Below the pieces are notes generated by a model. That model had not been told where the DNA came from and ran no database searches. It saw only the letters and a list, made by a program, of their open reading frames with translations. A stretch of 64,000 nucleotides of DNA from the sequence record OP991903.1. One strand, 5' to 3'. Shown here piece by piece: positions 46,570-54,637 of this stretch; position 1 is the first letter of the stretch; each line of letters begins with the position of its first letter. Both the position numbers and the translations under genes were made by a program.

Positions 46570-46845
46570 ATGTCGTACAGCACAGATGAATTCTGGCGCG
46601 AGTTTCGTCCAATCCGCCAGACCCTGTTTGGTCTGGTTTGTACTTGGGTACTCTCGCAACAGCTGCTCGACTGGCTTCACCCTACGTCAGAGTGCATGTA
46701 CATTCTGGCGGGGTTGTCAGCGGGCTTGATTGGGTTTGGTTTTATTTGCATGTTGGATTCACCTAAGCGGTCATTGGCGAGAGCCGATGCCTGTTGGTGG
46801 TGCTGGCACTGGGGCGTCATCCTTACTGTAATCGTCCTCTTCTAA
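46570..46845 (+). CDS. membrane protein
   Basis: ATG 46570 with AAGGAG RBS; three hydrophobic segments. Confidence 0.7.
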   Translation: MSYSTDEFWREFRPIRQTLFGLVCTWVLSQQLLDWLHPTSECMYILAGLSAGLIGFGFICMLDSPKRSLARADACWWCWHWGVILTVIVLF

Positions 46846-46886
46846 CTACACTTAGTGTGAGCAATAAGTACCGAAGGAGGTTAGAG

Positions 46887-47093
46887 GTGGGCTACTTAAC
46901 GTTGATTGCTTGGTTTACATTTGGAGGCCTCCTGTGGGATTTTCGAAAATACCGCAAGAACCCGATGCCAAGCAGTCTCATGAACTTGGCCATCATATTT
47001 GCTCTGTCAATCGCTTTGACGTTGTTGACCGTTTACGTCTGGTACGATACGGGGAGACTCTTCTCCGTGAGGTCGTTCCAGGACTTGAAGTAA
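46887..47093 (+). CDS. small membrane protein
   Basis: GTG 46887 with AAGGAGG RBS; two TM segments. Confidence 0.6.
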   Translation: MGYLTLIAWFTFGGLLWDFRKYRKNPMPSSLMNLAIIFALSIALTLLTVYVWYDTGRLFSVRSFQDLK

Positions 47094-47281
47094 GGTCACC
47101 TTCAGGATTGCCATTTAAAGTGCTCGCAGTAGGGAAACATGCGCAGGACTGTTCGCTACCCATGGTTATCTTTACCAACACCACGCCGACACACGACCGT
47201 CCGGCTGGTGAAATCTGGGTATTAGAAGAATCGTTGTTCTTAAAGAACTTCCACTTAGCTGAGGATGGCATTGATGTATAA
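46910..47281 (+). CDS. DUF1653-like protein overlapping previous gene (start uncertain)
   Basis: PG..VRSPSG..FKV....KHAQDCS..MVIF......IWV.....F..NF; only TTG 46910 seen as a start. Confidence 0.45.
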   Translation: MVYIWRPPVGFSKIPQEPDAKQSHELGHHICSVNRFDVVDRLRLVRYGETLLREVVPGLEVRSPSGLPFKVLAVGKHAQDCSLPMVIFTNTTPTHDRPAGEIWVLEESLFLKNFHLAEDGIDV

Positions 47282-47558
47282 TTTTATCCGGCGGTATCCT
47301 GTCGCCGTGTTCCTGGCATTCCTACTTGGGTTGTGTACGGAATTCATCTACGGGTCGATTCACGACCTTGTCCGACCACCCCTTTCAGAACGACGCTTTA
47401 TCGTCAAGGAAACTTCTGATGACCGTTTCACGTTGGTGATGGATATGGTAACTGGATGCCAATACCTTTCCTCATCACAGGGCGGTCTCATTCCACTGCA
47501 AACCCTCGGGGATTGTAATAAGGACCTGGCGCAACCACACAGCGTTAAGGTCCCATAA
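47274..47558 (+). CDS. DUF6440-like membrane-anchored protein
   Basis: N-terminal TM; D..TGCQYL....GG..P motif. Confidence 0.55.
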   Translation: MYNFIRRYPVAVFLAFLLGLCTEFIYGSIHDLVRPPLSERRFIVKETSDDRFTLVMDMVTGCQYLSSSQGGLIPLQTLGDCNKDLAQPHSVKVP

Positions 47559-47592
47559 CCTCTTCCCCGGTTCTCATGAAAAGGTGTAACCC

Positions 47593-48378
47593 ATGAGTAG
47601 AGCTAGACAGGCTGAACGCGGTTCTCGTAAGTCCAAACGCGGAAAGGGAGCACGAGCTAACTCAGGCTACGGTGATGATACCGTAGTTCAATTTCCCGGT
47701 ACTGAAGTGTCAGACGACCTGACACCCAAAGTGAAACGGGACAATACACCCATCGAAGCGCGCAATGAAAACCAGGTACTTTACCTCGAGCAGCTGAACA
47801 CGAAGCAATTAATCTTTGCAACGGGTGAAGCCGGTTGTGGTAAAACATTCCTGTCAACTGCGCACGCGGCCAAAGCATTGCTGGATAAAGAGGTGGAGCG
47901 CATCATCGTGACGCGTCCTGTCTTAGAGTCCGGTGAGAACCTGGGCTTCTTGCCTGGGGACATCAGCGAGAAATTCGCCCCGTATTTCCGCCCGGTTCAA
48001 GACATCCTGGAGAAACGCCTTGGTGGTACGTTCCTTCAGTACTGCTTGCGCCCGGATGTGAAGAAGGTGGAAATTGCTCCCTTCGCGTATATGCGCGGCC
48101 GCACGTTTGAGAACGCGGTAGTTATCCTGGACGAAGCCCAGAACGTAACCAAGGCACAGATGAAAATGTTCCTGACACGTCTGGGTGAGAACGTGACCGT
48201 GATTGTTAACGGAGACGTGGCTCAGTGTGATTTACCGAGAGGGGTCCAAAGTGGACTTTCCGACGCGCTACAGCGTTTCAGTACCACGTCCCGCATTGGG
48301 GTTGTAGAGTTCACGAAGGATGACTGCGTGCGCTCTGAGCTCTGTCAGGAAGTGTTGAACGCCTACAAGCACGACTAA
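47593..48378 (+). CDS. phoH: PhoH family ATPase
   Basis: GEAGCGKT, ITRP, LGFLPG, PLAYMRGR-like PFAYMRGRTF, LDEAQN, RLGE, GD..QCDL. Confidence 0.95.
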   Translation: MSRARQAERGSRKSKRGKGARANSGYGDDTVVQFPGTEVSDDLTPKVKRDNTPIEARNENQVLYLEQLNTKQLIFATGEAGCGKTFLSTAHAAKALLDKEVERIIVTRPVLESGENLGFLPGDISEKFAPYFRPVQDILEKRLGGTFLQYCLRPDVKKVEIAPFAYMRGRTFENAVVILDEAQNVTKAQMKMFLTRLGENVTVIVNGDVAQCDLPRGVQSGLSDALQRFSTTSRIGVVEFTKDDCVRSELCQEVLNAYKHD

Positions 48379-48381
48379 ACC

Positions 48382-48420
48382 AGGAAGGGACTTCGGTCCC
48401 TTCCTTTATTCTTTTATTTT
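48382..48420 (+). terminator. intrinsic terminator
   Basis: AGGAAGGGAC-TTCG-GTCCCTTCCT plus T-rich tail. Confidence 0.75.
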
Positions 48421-48432
48421 CAAGGAGTTATA

Positions 48433-48924
48433 ATGGAAAAGCAGTTGGACTTAACGATTCAGGAATACTCACGGGAAGATTTCTTCGCCCCACTGATAGA
48501 CGTTGACGAATACATCTGGGAACGGAATGTCATGCCTCATCTGAAAGAGGGTGAGCAATTCGACCTTGAAGGACTGAAAGCCTGGAACCCGGCCCGTTAC
48601 TTCAAGGTGACCAGTGCACTTATCCCGTCGTTCTTTGTGGTTATCTCTCCGTGGAACGCTAACCCAGAAAACCCGTTTACCGATACCCATCAGTGGACCA
48701 TCCTGGAAATCAGCAGTTCCGATATCGAGACGGAAGAAGCAAGTGAGCTGTCCCTAGCGGCGCACGGGCACTGGGTAAACATGCGCACCTTTAAGGTAGA
48801 CTTCTGCTCTATCTACGAACACGACGACTGGCCAATTTGGCTGGGTGTTTACATGAACTCTCTCTGGAACATTCAGAGGCAGTTAGGTTGTAACGTAATG
48901 GACGACCCGACTACTGCGGGTTAA
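48433..48924 (+). CDS. hypothetical protein
   Basis: 163 aa, AAGGAG RBS. Confidence 0.75.
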   Translation: MEKQLDLTIQEYSREDFFAPLIDVDEYIWERNVMPHLKEGEQFDLEGLKAWNPARYFKVTSALIPSFFVVISPWNANPENPFTDTHQWTILEISSSDIETEEASELSLAAHGHWVNMRTFKVDFCSIYEHDDWPIWLGVYMNSLWNIQRQLGCNVMDDPTTAG

Positions 48925-49014
48925 TTCTTACGACCCCGGAAGGTCTATGTAGTAACTCCCATCTGCCGATTATTTCCGTTTTCGGTTTTAATAATCTAAA
49001 TGAGGTTTTGTGAA

Positions 49015-49740
49015 ATGACTAAGGCTTTAAACTTTGGTGCTCCGTTCCCGGACTTAGGTGAGCGTAGCAAGAACGACCCGATGTACCTGATTAGCAGCAA
49101 TGACGTCTTACGTATCATCATTGCAAGAGAAGGCGTTAGTAATGCGCTGAACAAAACGCAGGCTGAAAGTATCCAGACGTTGCGTAAAACTGACATTACC
49201 GAAGAGATGTTACAGGGCATTGTCGATGAAGCGCGCGGACAGGGTTGGGCTGCCGCCGTTACTGCGGGCAAACAGGTTCTGTTGAGTGCTGAGACCATCA
49301 CCCCTGGCGCAGAGAAAGTTAACCCTCATCAGGTATCCCCATCTTTGACCAACCTCGGGCGTAAAACAGTCTTCGTGACCTTCGGTGACGCATTCAACGT
49401 ACTGGGGATTCTATTAGGTGGTGAGTCGGGCGACTACTTGATAGAAAGTCCGCGGTTGGAGGGCGTCTTACGTCACGATGAGACGCTACACCCGAAACTG
49501 GGGCAACGTTACTTGTCCACGAGCGATAGCCCGTACAATGGCTTCCTGCGGCCAGCGGAAGGGAACCATCGTAACCTGCTCCTTCACTACTACGACCGTG
49601 AACTGAAATACTCCATCCGTGGGGAATTGAATCAGGAAACGGGGAACATTGCCCTAAACCTGGAGGACACCTCCTTCTCCGGTGATTACGTTGGGGCGTT
49701 AATTTCATTTGAGTTGCGCGGAGTATCCAATGCTCAGTAA
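49015..49740 (+). CDS. hypothetical protein
   Basis: Start likely ATG 49015 (GAGG RBS); TAC-N14-TATG motif upstream. Confidence 0.7.
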   Translation: MTKALNFGAPFPDLGERSKNDPMYLISSNDVLRIIIAREGVSNALNKTQAESIQTLRKTDITEEMLQGIVDEARGQGWAAAVTAGKQVLLSAETITPGAEKVNPHQVSPSLTNLGRKTVFVTFGDAFNVLGILLGGESGDYLIESPRLEGVLRHDETLHPKLGQRYLSTSDSPYNGFLRPAEGNHRNLLLHYYDRELKYSIRGELNQETGNIALNLEDTSFSGDYVGALISFELRGVSNAQ

Positions 49741-50041
49741 AGGTGGAAAGATTCGCTACCGGTGTTGTGGTTGCCGCTCGGCGAATATCAAAAAAGTCCA
49801 CTGGGGGATGGTAGACCAAATCTCTTACGAGTGCAGCAACTGCAACTCCATTCGTCCCTGGTCAACCCGGTTAAAGATTCCTATCGAAAAGGATAACGTA
49901 TGTCAGCAAGTGCACGCGCAACTCAGTTCCTCCAATCTGTACAATCTATTATCTCGTCTGGACTGGAGTCCGATTACGAAAAGGCTCAAAGAATTGCCCG
50001 CCTTGCTAGCGAAAATTACAGTGCCGAAATTGAACCGTTAA
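49730..50041 (+). CDS. putative Zn-ribbon protein
   Basis: CCGC-x19-CSNC; GGAG RBS; 3' part overlaps next gene. Confidence 0.5.
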   Translation: MLSKGGKIRYRCCGCRSANIKKVHWGMVDQISYECSNCNSIRPWSTRLKIPIEKDNVCQQVHAQLSSSNLYNLLSRLDWSPITKRLKELPALLAKITVPKLNR

Positions 50042-50418
50042 AGCAGGTCGCGGTTGAAGGTAACCACTGCGTGAATCTAGCGCCTGACCGCATCTACCGG
50101 TTATCGCATTACGTAGACGATGGGTATGTGGTCACCCATGCAAAGTTGGTTGGGGTATTGTTTAACAACGGGCAGCACTGGGTTCCGCCCCACGATATGG
50201 CGGTTCTCTTAGATGACAATTTCCTGAAGAAACAGGAAGTCGAAGTCGAAGTACCTGGGGTCCATGGGATGATTCGCGTGAACGGAAGTCAGCGGGGTAA
50301 CGCCGCAGTGAACCTGCGATATACGCCACATGACCCGAACATGCGAGTAGGGGTAGACCAATATCAACTCCGTCTCTTCTATGTTAAGTCACCCACCATC
50401 TCCGTGAGCAACCTGTAA
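49900..50418 (+). CDS. hypothetical protein
   Basis: 172 aa, AAGGA RBS. Confidence 0.7.
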   Translation: MSASARATQFLQSVQSIISSGLESDYEKAQRIARLASENYSAEIEPLKQVAVEGNHCVNLAPDRIYRLSHYVDDGYVVTHAKLVGVLFNNGQHWVPPHDMAVLLDDNFLKKQEVEVEVPGVHGMIRVNGSQRGNAAVNLRYTPHDPNMRVGVDQYQLRLFYVKSPTISVSNL

Positions 50419-50729
50419 TGGAAAAGAAGATGAACATCCCTCTCGACGGTACCCCAGTAAACGTAGAACACGTCTTTGCTGCTTACCCTGACCTGATTCA
50501 CTTCGATGTGGACACGTTGATTAAGCAAGCAGCGTTCTTCCGTTGGCCAGGCACCACATTAATCAGTTGTACGTTGACGCTGGACAACGGTCATTCCGAA
50601 ACTGACGATGCCCGCCCGCGTAATGACTCGATGTACACTGATGCTGACGGTATCCGTGGCGCGTTCATGAAGGCACGCAACAAGTGTTGGGGCATCAAAG
50701 CCTATCTGGACCGTAGCAAGAAAGCATAA
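50418..50729 (+). CDS. N4 Gp49 / Sf6 gp66 family protein
   Basis: TLISCTLTLDNG......RP......G...A...A..K.W...AY pattern. Confidence 0.55.
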   Translation: MEKKMNIPLDGTPVNVEHVFAAYPDLIHFDVDTLIKQAAFFRWPGTTLISCTLTLDNGHSETDDARPRNDSMYTDADGIRGAFMKARNKCWGIKAYLDRSKKA

Positions 50730-50734
50730 AAGTC

Positions 50735-50765
50735 ACGGGAGGGTTCGCCCTCCCGTGTATGCTGT
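50735..50765. terminator. 31-nt hairpin element identical to 27662-27692
   Basis: ACGGGAGGGTTCGCCCTCCCGTGTATGCTGT. Confidence 0.75.
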
Positions 50766-50780
50766 CTAACTGGGTTTCAG

Positions 50781-50842
50781 GTATATATTCTCTTGGTGAC
50801 ATAGGGTACTAAACCCCTTAACTTATTGATTAAACTACGGAG
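50781..50842 (+). promoter_or_regulatory. early promoter plus conserved leader and AACTACGGAG RBS
   Basis: 34/38 identity to 12-49; TAAACTACGGAG at 50831-50842. Confidence 0.7.
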
Positions 50843-50850
50843 ATTGAATC

Positions 50851-51060
50851 ATGTTAGGATTCGCAAAAAGCATTGTTGACAATTTAGATGAAGTTAAAAT
50901 CCGCGAAGACTTCGAGCGAATGAAGACCCAGAAGGCACAGCGTTATGCTGAGCAAGAAAACCGGGACGCGGGGGTTGAAGAGATGGTCGGGGAAGAGGAC
51001 TGTGACCCGGTCGGTCGTAGTAGCCGAGCAAAGGATGCTTTTCGGAGGGCGCAATCATGA
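50851..51060 (+). CDS. small early hypothetical protein
   Basis: 69 aa after early promoter. Confidence 0.7.
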   Translation: MLGFAKSIVDNLDEVKIREDFERMKTQKAQRYAEQENRDAGVEEMVGEEDCDPVGRSSRAKDAFRRAQS

Positions 51061-51287
51061 GTGGGACCGAGTTGTATTACGATGGGGTGAACTACGCGAA
51101 GTTAACCGTGCGGGAACTCCAGGATGCCTCTATCGGGGTATCGAAAGCATTCGAACGCAATGTCCTCGATACGGTAGACGGTAAGCAAACTACCGAAGCG
51201 TTCATAGCCAACATGTCCCGCATTGACGGGATGAACCGTACCATCAGCGATGCCTTCGAGTACGCCCTTGACCGGGTGCTCGAATAG
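51057..51287 (+). CDS. small hypothetical protein
   Basis: 76 aa, ATGA overlap, GGAGG RBS. Confidence 0.7.
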   Translation: MSGTELYYDGVNYAKLTVRELQDASIGVSKAFERNVLDTVDGKQTTEAFIANMSRIDGMNRTISDAFEYALDRVLE

Positions 51288-51290
51288 GCA

Positions 51291-51325
51291 GCATAAAAGA
51301 GGGAGCTGACGCCCCCTCTTTTTTT
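51291..51325. terminator. bidirectional terminator
   Basis: GCATAAAAGAGGG..CCCTCTTTTTTT between convergent genes. Confidence 0.7.
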
Positions 51326-51327
51326 GG

Positions 51328-51702
51328 TCAAACGGCCGCCATTCTTCCGGTCTCGACTTGGCGACGCTGATAGTGGGAGTGGCCGCCGATGCGAACCGAC
51401 CAGTACATCACCTGGTACTTCCACCATTTGAAGCCTAAGCGCTTCATGTTCTTTTTGAGCAGTTTGTCCGCTTGCTTGCGCGGCATTGCGCCACCGTAGC
51501 AATAGTCATGCACAATACACGCAGGCAGGTCACGGCCAAAGCGTGGGAAGACGACCCGTGCAAACCAAGGAGCGCTGTTACCATCTGACTCGAAGTCGGC
51601 TGGTACAATCATTTCCGGTGTGGCGTAGGTGTCGTTGAGGCGCACCATTTCCTTATCGTAAAGGAAGGTGATAGATGGATTTGGCAATGAGTACTGGGGC
51701 AT
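51328..51702 (-). CDS. DUF1353 family protein
   Basis: VPADFESDG.SAP, A.IVHDY.Y, RKQAD, MYWSVRIGG. Confidence 0.8.
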   Translation of the reverse strand: MPQYSLPNPSITFLYDKEMVRLNDTYATPEMIVPADFESDGNSAPWFARVVFPRFGRDLPACIVHDYCYGGAMPRKQADKLLKKNMKRLGFKWWKYQVMYWSVRIGGHSHYQRRQVETGRMAAV

Positions 51703-51834
51703 CTCTAGCTTCCTTTAGTTGCGGTTACTCACAACTAGGTGGCGAAATCGCCACAAACTCGACCAACTAACGCTTCGTTAAAAGGTACGGTTAAGCTGTT
51801 CCATATGTACTCATTCACTACGCTGGAGTTTGCC

Positions 51835-52347
51835 ATGTCAAACCACATTCTGTACGGGGAAATGCACACTCGAGATGACCGCGACCGTATTGAACGGTTG
51901 ATACGGGAAGCTCACCGCGAAGCTCCGTTTAAGTACCTTCTGACCGAAGAGGCGGGTCCGTATCGCTACCTGAGCAAGTTAGCCTTACAGCAAGCCATCA
52001 AAGGGCAGATGTACAGTATCAGTGACCGTTCGTTTAAGTTGGGCATCGAGTTGGGGATTCCGGTTATTGGGATTGACAACTGGGATGACAAGACCTACGA
52101 GCGGGATAAGAAGTGGCCAGACGGTCGCTACCTGGATTGTCGATACAGTTTCAACATCCGTGAGCACCAGATGGTAAGAACATTGAACGAGTACGCCCCG
52201 AAAGGCCGCGTCGCGCTCATTGTCGGGGACAGTCACCTGCGCAGCCAGCGAAATCTGGTGATGGGAACGGCATCCCCGCTATACACGCAGTTCGTTGATA
52301 AATCAGGGTTTGAGATTATCCGCTCACCGAAAGGTGAGGCACGTTGA
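51835..52347 (+). CDS. EreA/ChaN/Tiki-superfamily-like putative metalloenzyme
   Basis: ILYGEMH, LLTEE, IGID, ALIVGDSHLR motifs; ATG 51835 with GGAG RBS. Confidence 0.5.
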   Translation: MSNHILYGEMHTRDDRDRIERLIREAHREAPFKYLLTEEAGPYRYLSKLALQQAIKGQMYSISDRSFKLGIELGIPVIGIDNWDDKTYERDKKWPDGRYLDCRYSFNIREHQMVRTLNEYAPKGRVALIVGDSHLRSQRNLVMGTASPLYTQFVDKSGFEIIRSPKGEAR

Positions 52348-52413
52348 TTAAATTTCATTCCTTTTTTACGCCGACCTGTTATTAGATGAATAACCACAGA
52401 AGAGAAAAGGCTT

Positions 52414-52584
52414 ATGTCTACACCTGCCAAAAAAGATGACGATTTGTTTGACGGTGAGTTTAACCTCCCGGACGAGGTCCTGGAGCAAGCGGCTGCCCAT
52501 GCAGATGCAGTAGCTGACCGTCCGCCGGAAGTTGAGTACAAACCTGGCGACGATGAATGCGAGGGTGGTGCCTGCAAAATCTAA
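52414..52584 (+). CDS. 56-aa acidic protein ending in NrdA-like redox tail (not in ORF track)
   Basis: MSTPAKKDDDLFDGEFNLPDEVLEQAAAHADAVADRPPEVEYKPGDDECEGGACKI; AAAGG RBS. Confidence 0.75.
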   Translation: MSTPAKKDDDLFDGEFNLPDEVLEQAAAHADAVADRPPEVEYKPGDDECEGGACKI

Positions 52585-52635
52585 GCATGTAACACTACGG
52601 TGGTTCGGGGGCACGGAGGCTCCCGTAACAATTTT

Positions 52636-52658
52636 AAGAACTATATTACCGTAGTGAC
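52636..52658 (+). promoter_or_regulatory. early-type promoter
   Basis: TATATTAC at 52642-52649 followed by CGTAGTGAC. Confidence 0.7.
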
Positions 52659-52685
52659 TGCTAAGTTAATAGGAGCAGGTACAAC

Positions 52686-53261
52686 ATGTTAATTCGACGT
52701 AAAGTAGCGCCTAGTCAATTCACCTTAACGCCGTGCCCGGACTGCAATTCGACCAACTTGCAAATCCTGGGTTCGTACAAACAAGGTGAGTTCCGGATAC
52801 GTTGCAGGCATTGCGGTCATCGTGGTCGCAACTCGCACACGTTGTTGTCCGGAATCCTGAACTGGGTAAGCCCGTGGCGAGATGACCTTCGCCATGCGCT
52901 CATCTCCCCGTTCACTGCTCGCGACATTCTGAAGAAGAACCTAAGTGAGTTTCAGGGGAAGGTAGATATACGTCCAGACTACCTGACATCATTAAACGCG
53001 ACAATTGTTCGTGTGTTTACGCCGGGCGCGGTGTATATCGCCGTCTATTACGTTACGCCAGATGGTGGAGATGGTTTTGCCGTCTTTGTTCCCGGTGATT
53101 ACGGAACACTCGGCACTCTCGTTGGTACGTTCACCGACGGGGGATACCAAACAATCGTTGAAAACCCACTGCTCGACCAAGAGGTGTTTTTAGAATTCCT
53201 CAAGGTGGTTCGTCGGGTTATCAGGGAAATCATGATAAGTCAACTGACCGAAGGAAAATAG
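52686..53261 (+). CDS. Lar-like Zn-finger protein with C-terminal extension
   Basis: LTPCPDC-x18-CRHCG.RG matches the Lar restriction-alleviation family pattern. Confidence 0.5.
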   Translation: MLIRRKVAPSQFTLTPCPDCNSTNLQILGSYKQGEFRIRCRHCGHRGRNSHTLLSGILNWVSPWRDDLRHALISPFTARDILKKNLSEFQGKVDIRPDYLTSLNATIVRVFTPGAVYIAVYYVTPDGGDGFAVFVPGDYGTLGTLVGTFTDGGYQTIVENPLLDQEVFLEFLKVVRRVIREIMISQLTEGK

Positions 53262-53262
53262 G

Positions 53263-53433
53263 ATGAGTAACGCAGACCCGAAGCTTCTGAAGAAGCCGTT
53301 CTTGACGGGGACGATTTTAAACAAACCCTGGGCATGTTTCCCGACCGACCAGGGACCGGTAATGGTTAGACTACCCGAACAACCTTCGGTGTACCACATT
53401 ACCCTCTCAGACGAAAAGCCGAGGGCTGCATGA
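53263..53433 (+). CDS. small hypothetical protein (56 aa, not in ORF track)
   Basis: MSNADPKLLKK...EKPRAA; AAGGA RBS; ATGA overlap with next gene. Confidence 0.6.
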   Translation: MSNADPKLLKKPFLTGTILNKPWACFPTDQGPVMVRLPEQPSVYHITLSDEKPRAA

Positions 53434-53852
53434 TTCTTAAACCTCAGTCGAGTGATGACCAACTTGACGACTTCCTGATGCCGTTGTCAGTATTACTTCC
53501 AGAGCCGTTGGCTCTGGTTACTGAACGGGTCGGTGGGGTTATCTCCCCTGACCTCGTCATTGCCGCGCGAGTCTTGAAACCGCTCCTCGGCAATCCCATT
53601 CTGTCTATTGATAATACTAACTGGATTACCACTGCGGTAACCTGGTGTCAGTGTTATCGCGGACAGTATAAGTTGCAAGAAGGGTGTAGCATTCTGGGCT
53701 ACAAACTGCACGAGCGCTACCAGATAGCGTTCCACGCAAAGACCCTTTGTGCACTGTTCGGGTATCTCGGTCCCATCTTGGAGGCGCACTACCCGGACGA
53801 TAAGCGTCAGTTGTTTACTGACGTGACAATTGGCGGTATAGCCCTGTCGTAG
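53430..53852 (+). CDS. hypothetical protein
   Basis: 140 aa. Confidence 0.65.
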   Translation: MILKPQSSDDQLDDFLMPLSVLLPEPLALVTERVGGVISPDLVIAARVLKPLLGNPILSIDNTNWITTAVTWCQCYRGQYKLQEGCSILGYKLHERYQIAFHAKTLCALFGYLGPILEAHYPDDKRQLFTDVTIGGIALS

Positions 53853-53931
53853 TAAAACGTTTTAAACGGACGCCCGGACACACGGGCGACGTTACTAATT
53901 CAATTCGTTACGAACAAAAGGAAAGACCACC

Positions 53932-54015
53932 ATGATTAACACGGGATGTTTGACACTGTCACCACCGTTGTTATTTATCACCATATCCGTGGGAAACGTA
54001 CACTGCACTCCTTAA
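53932..54015 (+). CDS. possible 27-aa peptide
   Basis: MINTGCLTLSPPLLFITISVGNVHCTP with AAGGA RBS in a long intergenic gap. Confidence 0.3.
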   Translation: MINTGCLTLSPPLLFITISVGNVHCTP

Positions 54016-54128
54016 AGTCATTTTTTACGGAGTCGATTGGACTTATGTAGTTAAGTGGAAGCTAAAACTCTATTCACCTGCACCCAATACGGATATGAAC
54101 TCAATCACTGTATTAAGGAGTCTCGACA

Positions 54129-54563
54129 ATGTCAATGAACAGCATTACTGAGCGCGTCCTAACTGCACATGAACGTGGGTTCACCGATGACATGATTTCG
54201 GCCTACGAAGGTGTACCAGTTGATGACGTCAAAGCGGTTATCGAAACTTTCAACGAACCATCTGTCCCCGGCAACGTAAGGGATATTCAAATCCATCGCC
54301 AGGCTCAACGTTTTCTGGACCGTCACGACCTTGAAGAAATCACCTCAAGAATTGACGACCACCGGACGAACGCGTTAGCGGATAACACTAACCCAGAGCT
54401 GGAAGCCGTTACCGGTTTAGTCGACCAATATCGACTGGACCCTGAAGTGGCAACGGAAGTCTTTGCCGATGTCTCTCGTCGCCGTCGCGTCGTGGACCTG
54501 GAGCAAGAAGACCGTGTCATGCGCAACCGTGGTCGTGTTGAGCGTACCTGGGCCGCGCGCTAA
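54129..54563 (+). CDS. hypothetical protein, HTH-like N-terminus
   Basis: 144 aa, AAGGAG RBS, TAC-N15-TATG upstream. Confidence 0.7.
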   Translation: MSMNSITERVLTAHERGFTDDMISAYEGVPVDDVKAVIETFNEPSVPGNVRDIQIHRQAQRFLDRHDLEEITSRIDDHRTNALADNTNPELEAVTGLVDQYRLDPEVATEVFADVSRRRRVVDLEQEDRVMRNRGRVERTWAAR

Positions 54564-54577
54564 GTGAAGAATGGTCG

Positions 54578-54626
54578 TAGGTAGGGTGGCCTTCGGGCTA
54601 CTCTGCCTCGGCTGTCTTTTTTATTT
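54578..54626 (+). terminator. intrinsic terminator
   Basis: GGTAGGGTGGCC-TTCG-GGCTACTCTGCC plus T run. Confidence 0.6.
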
Positions 54627-54637
54627 TCATTGGAGGA

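Noticed and set aside
47593-48378. phoH (and thyA, dut core) as novel auxiliary genes
   Set aside because: Common in large phages; listed as features only.
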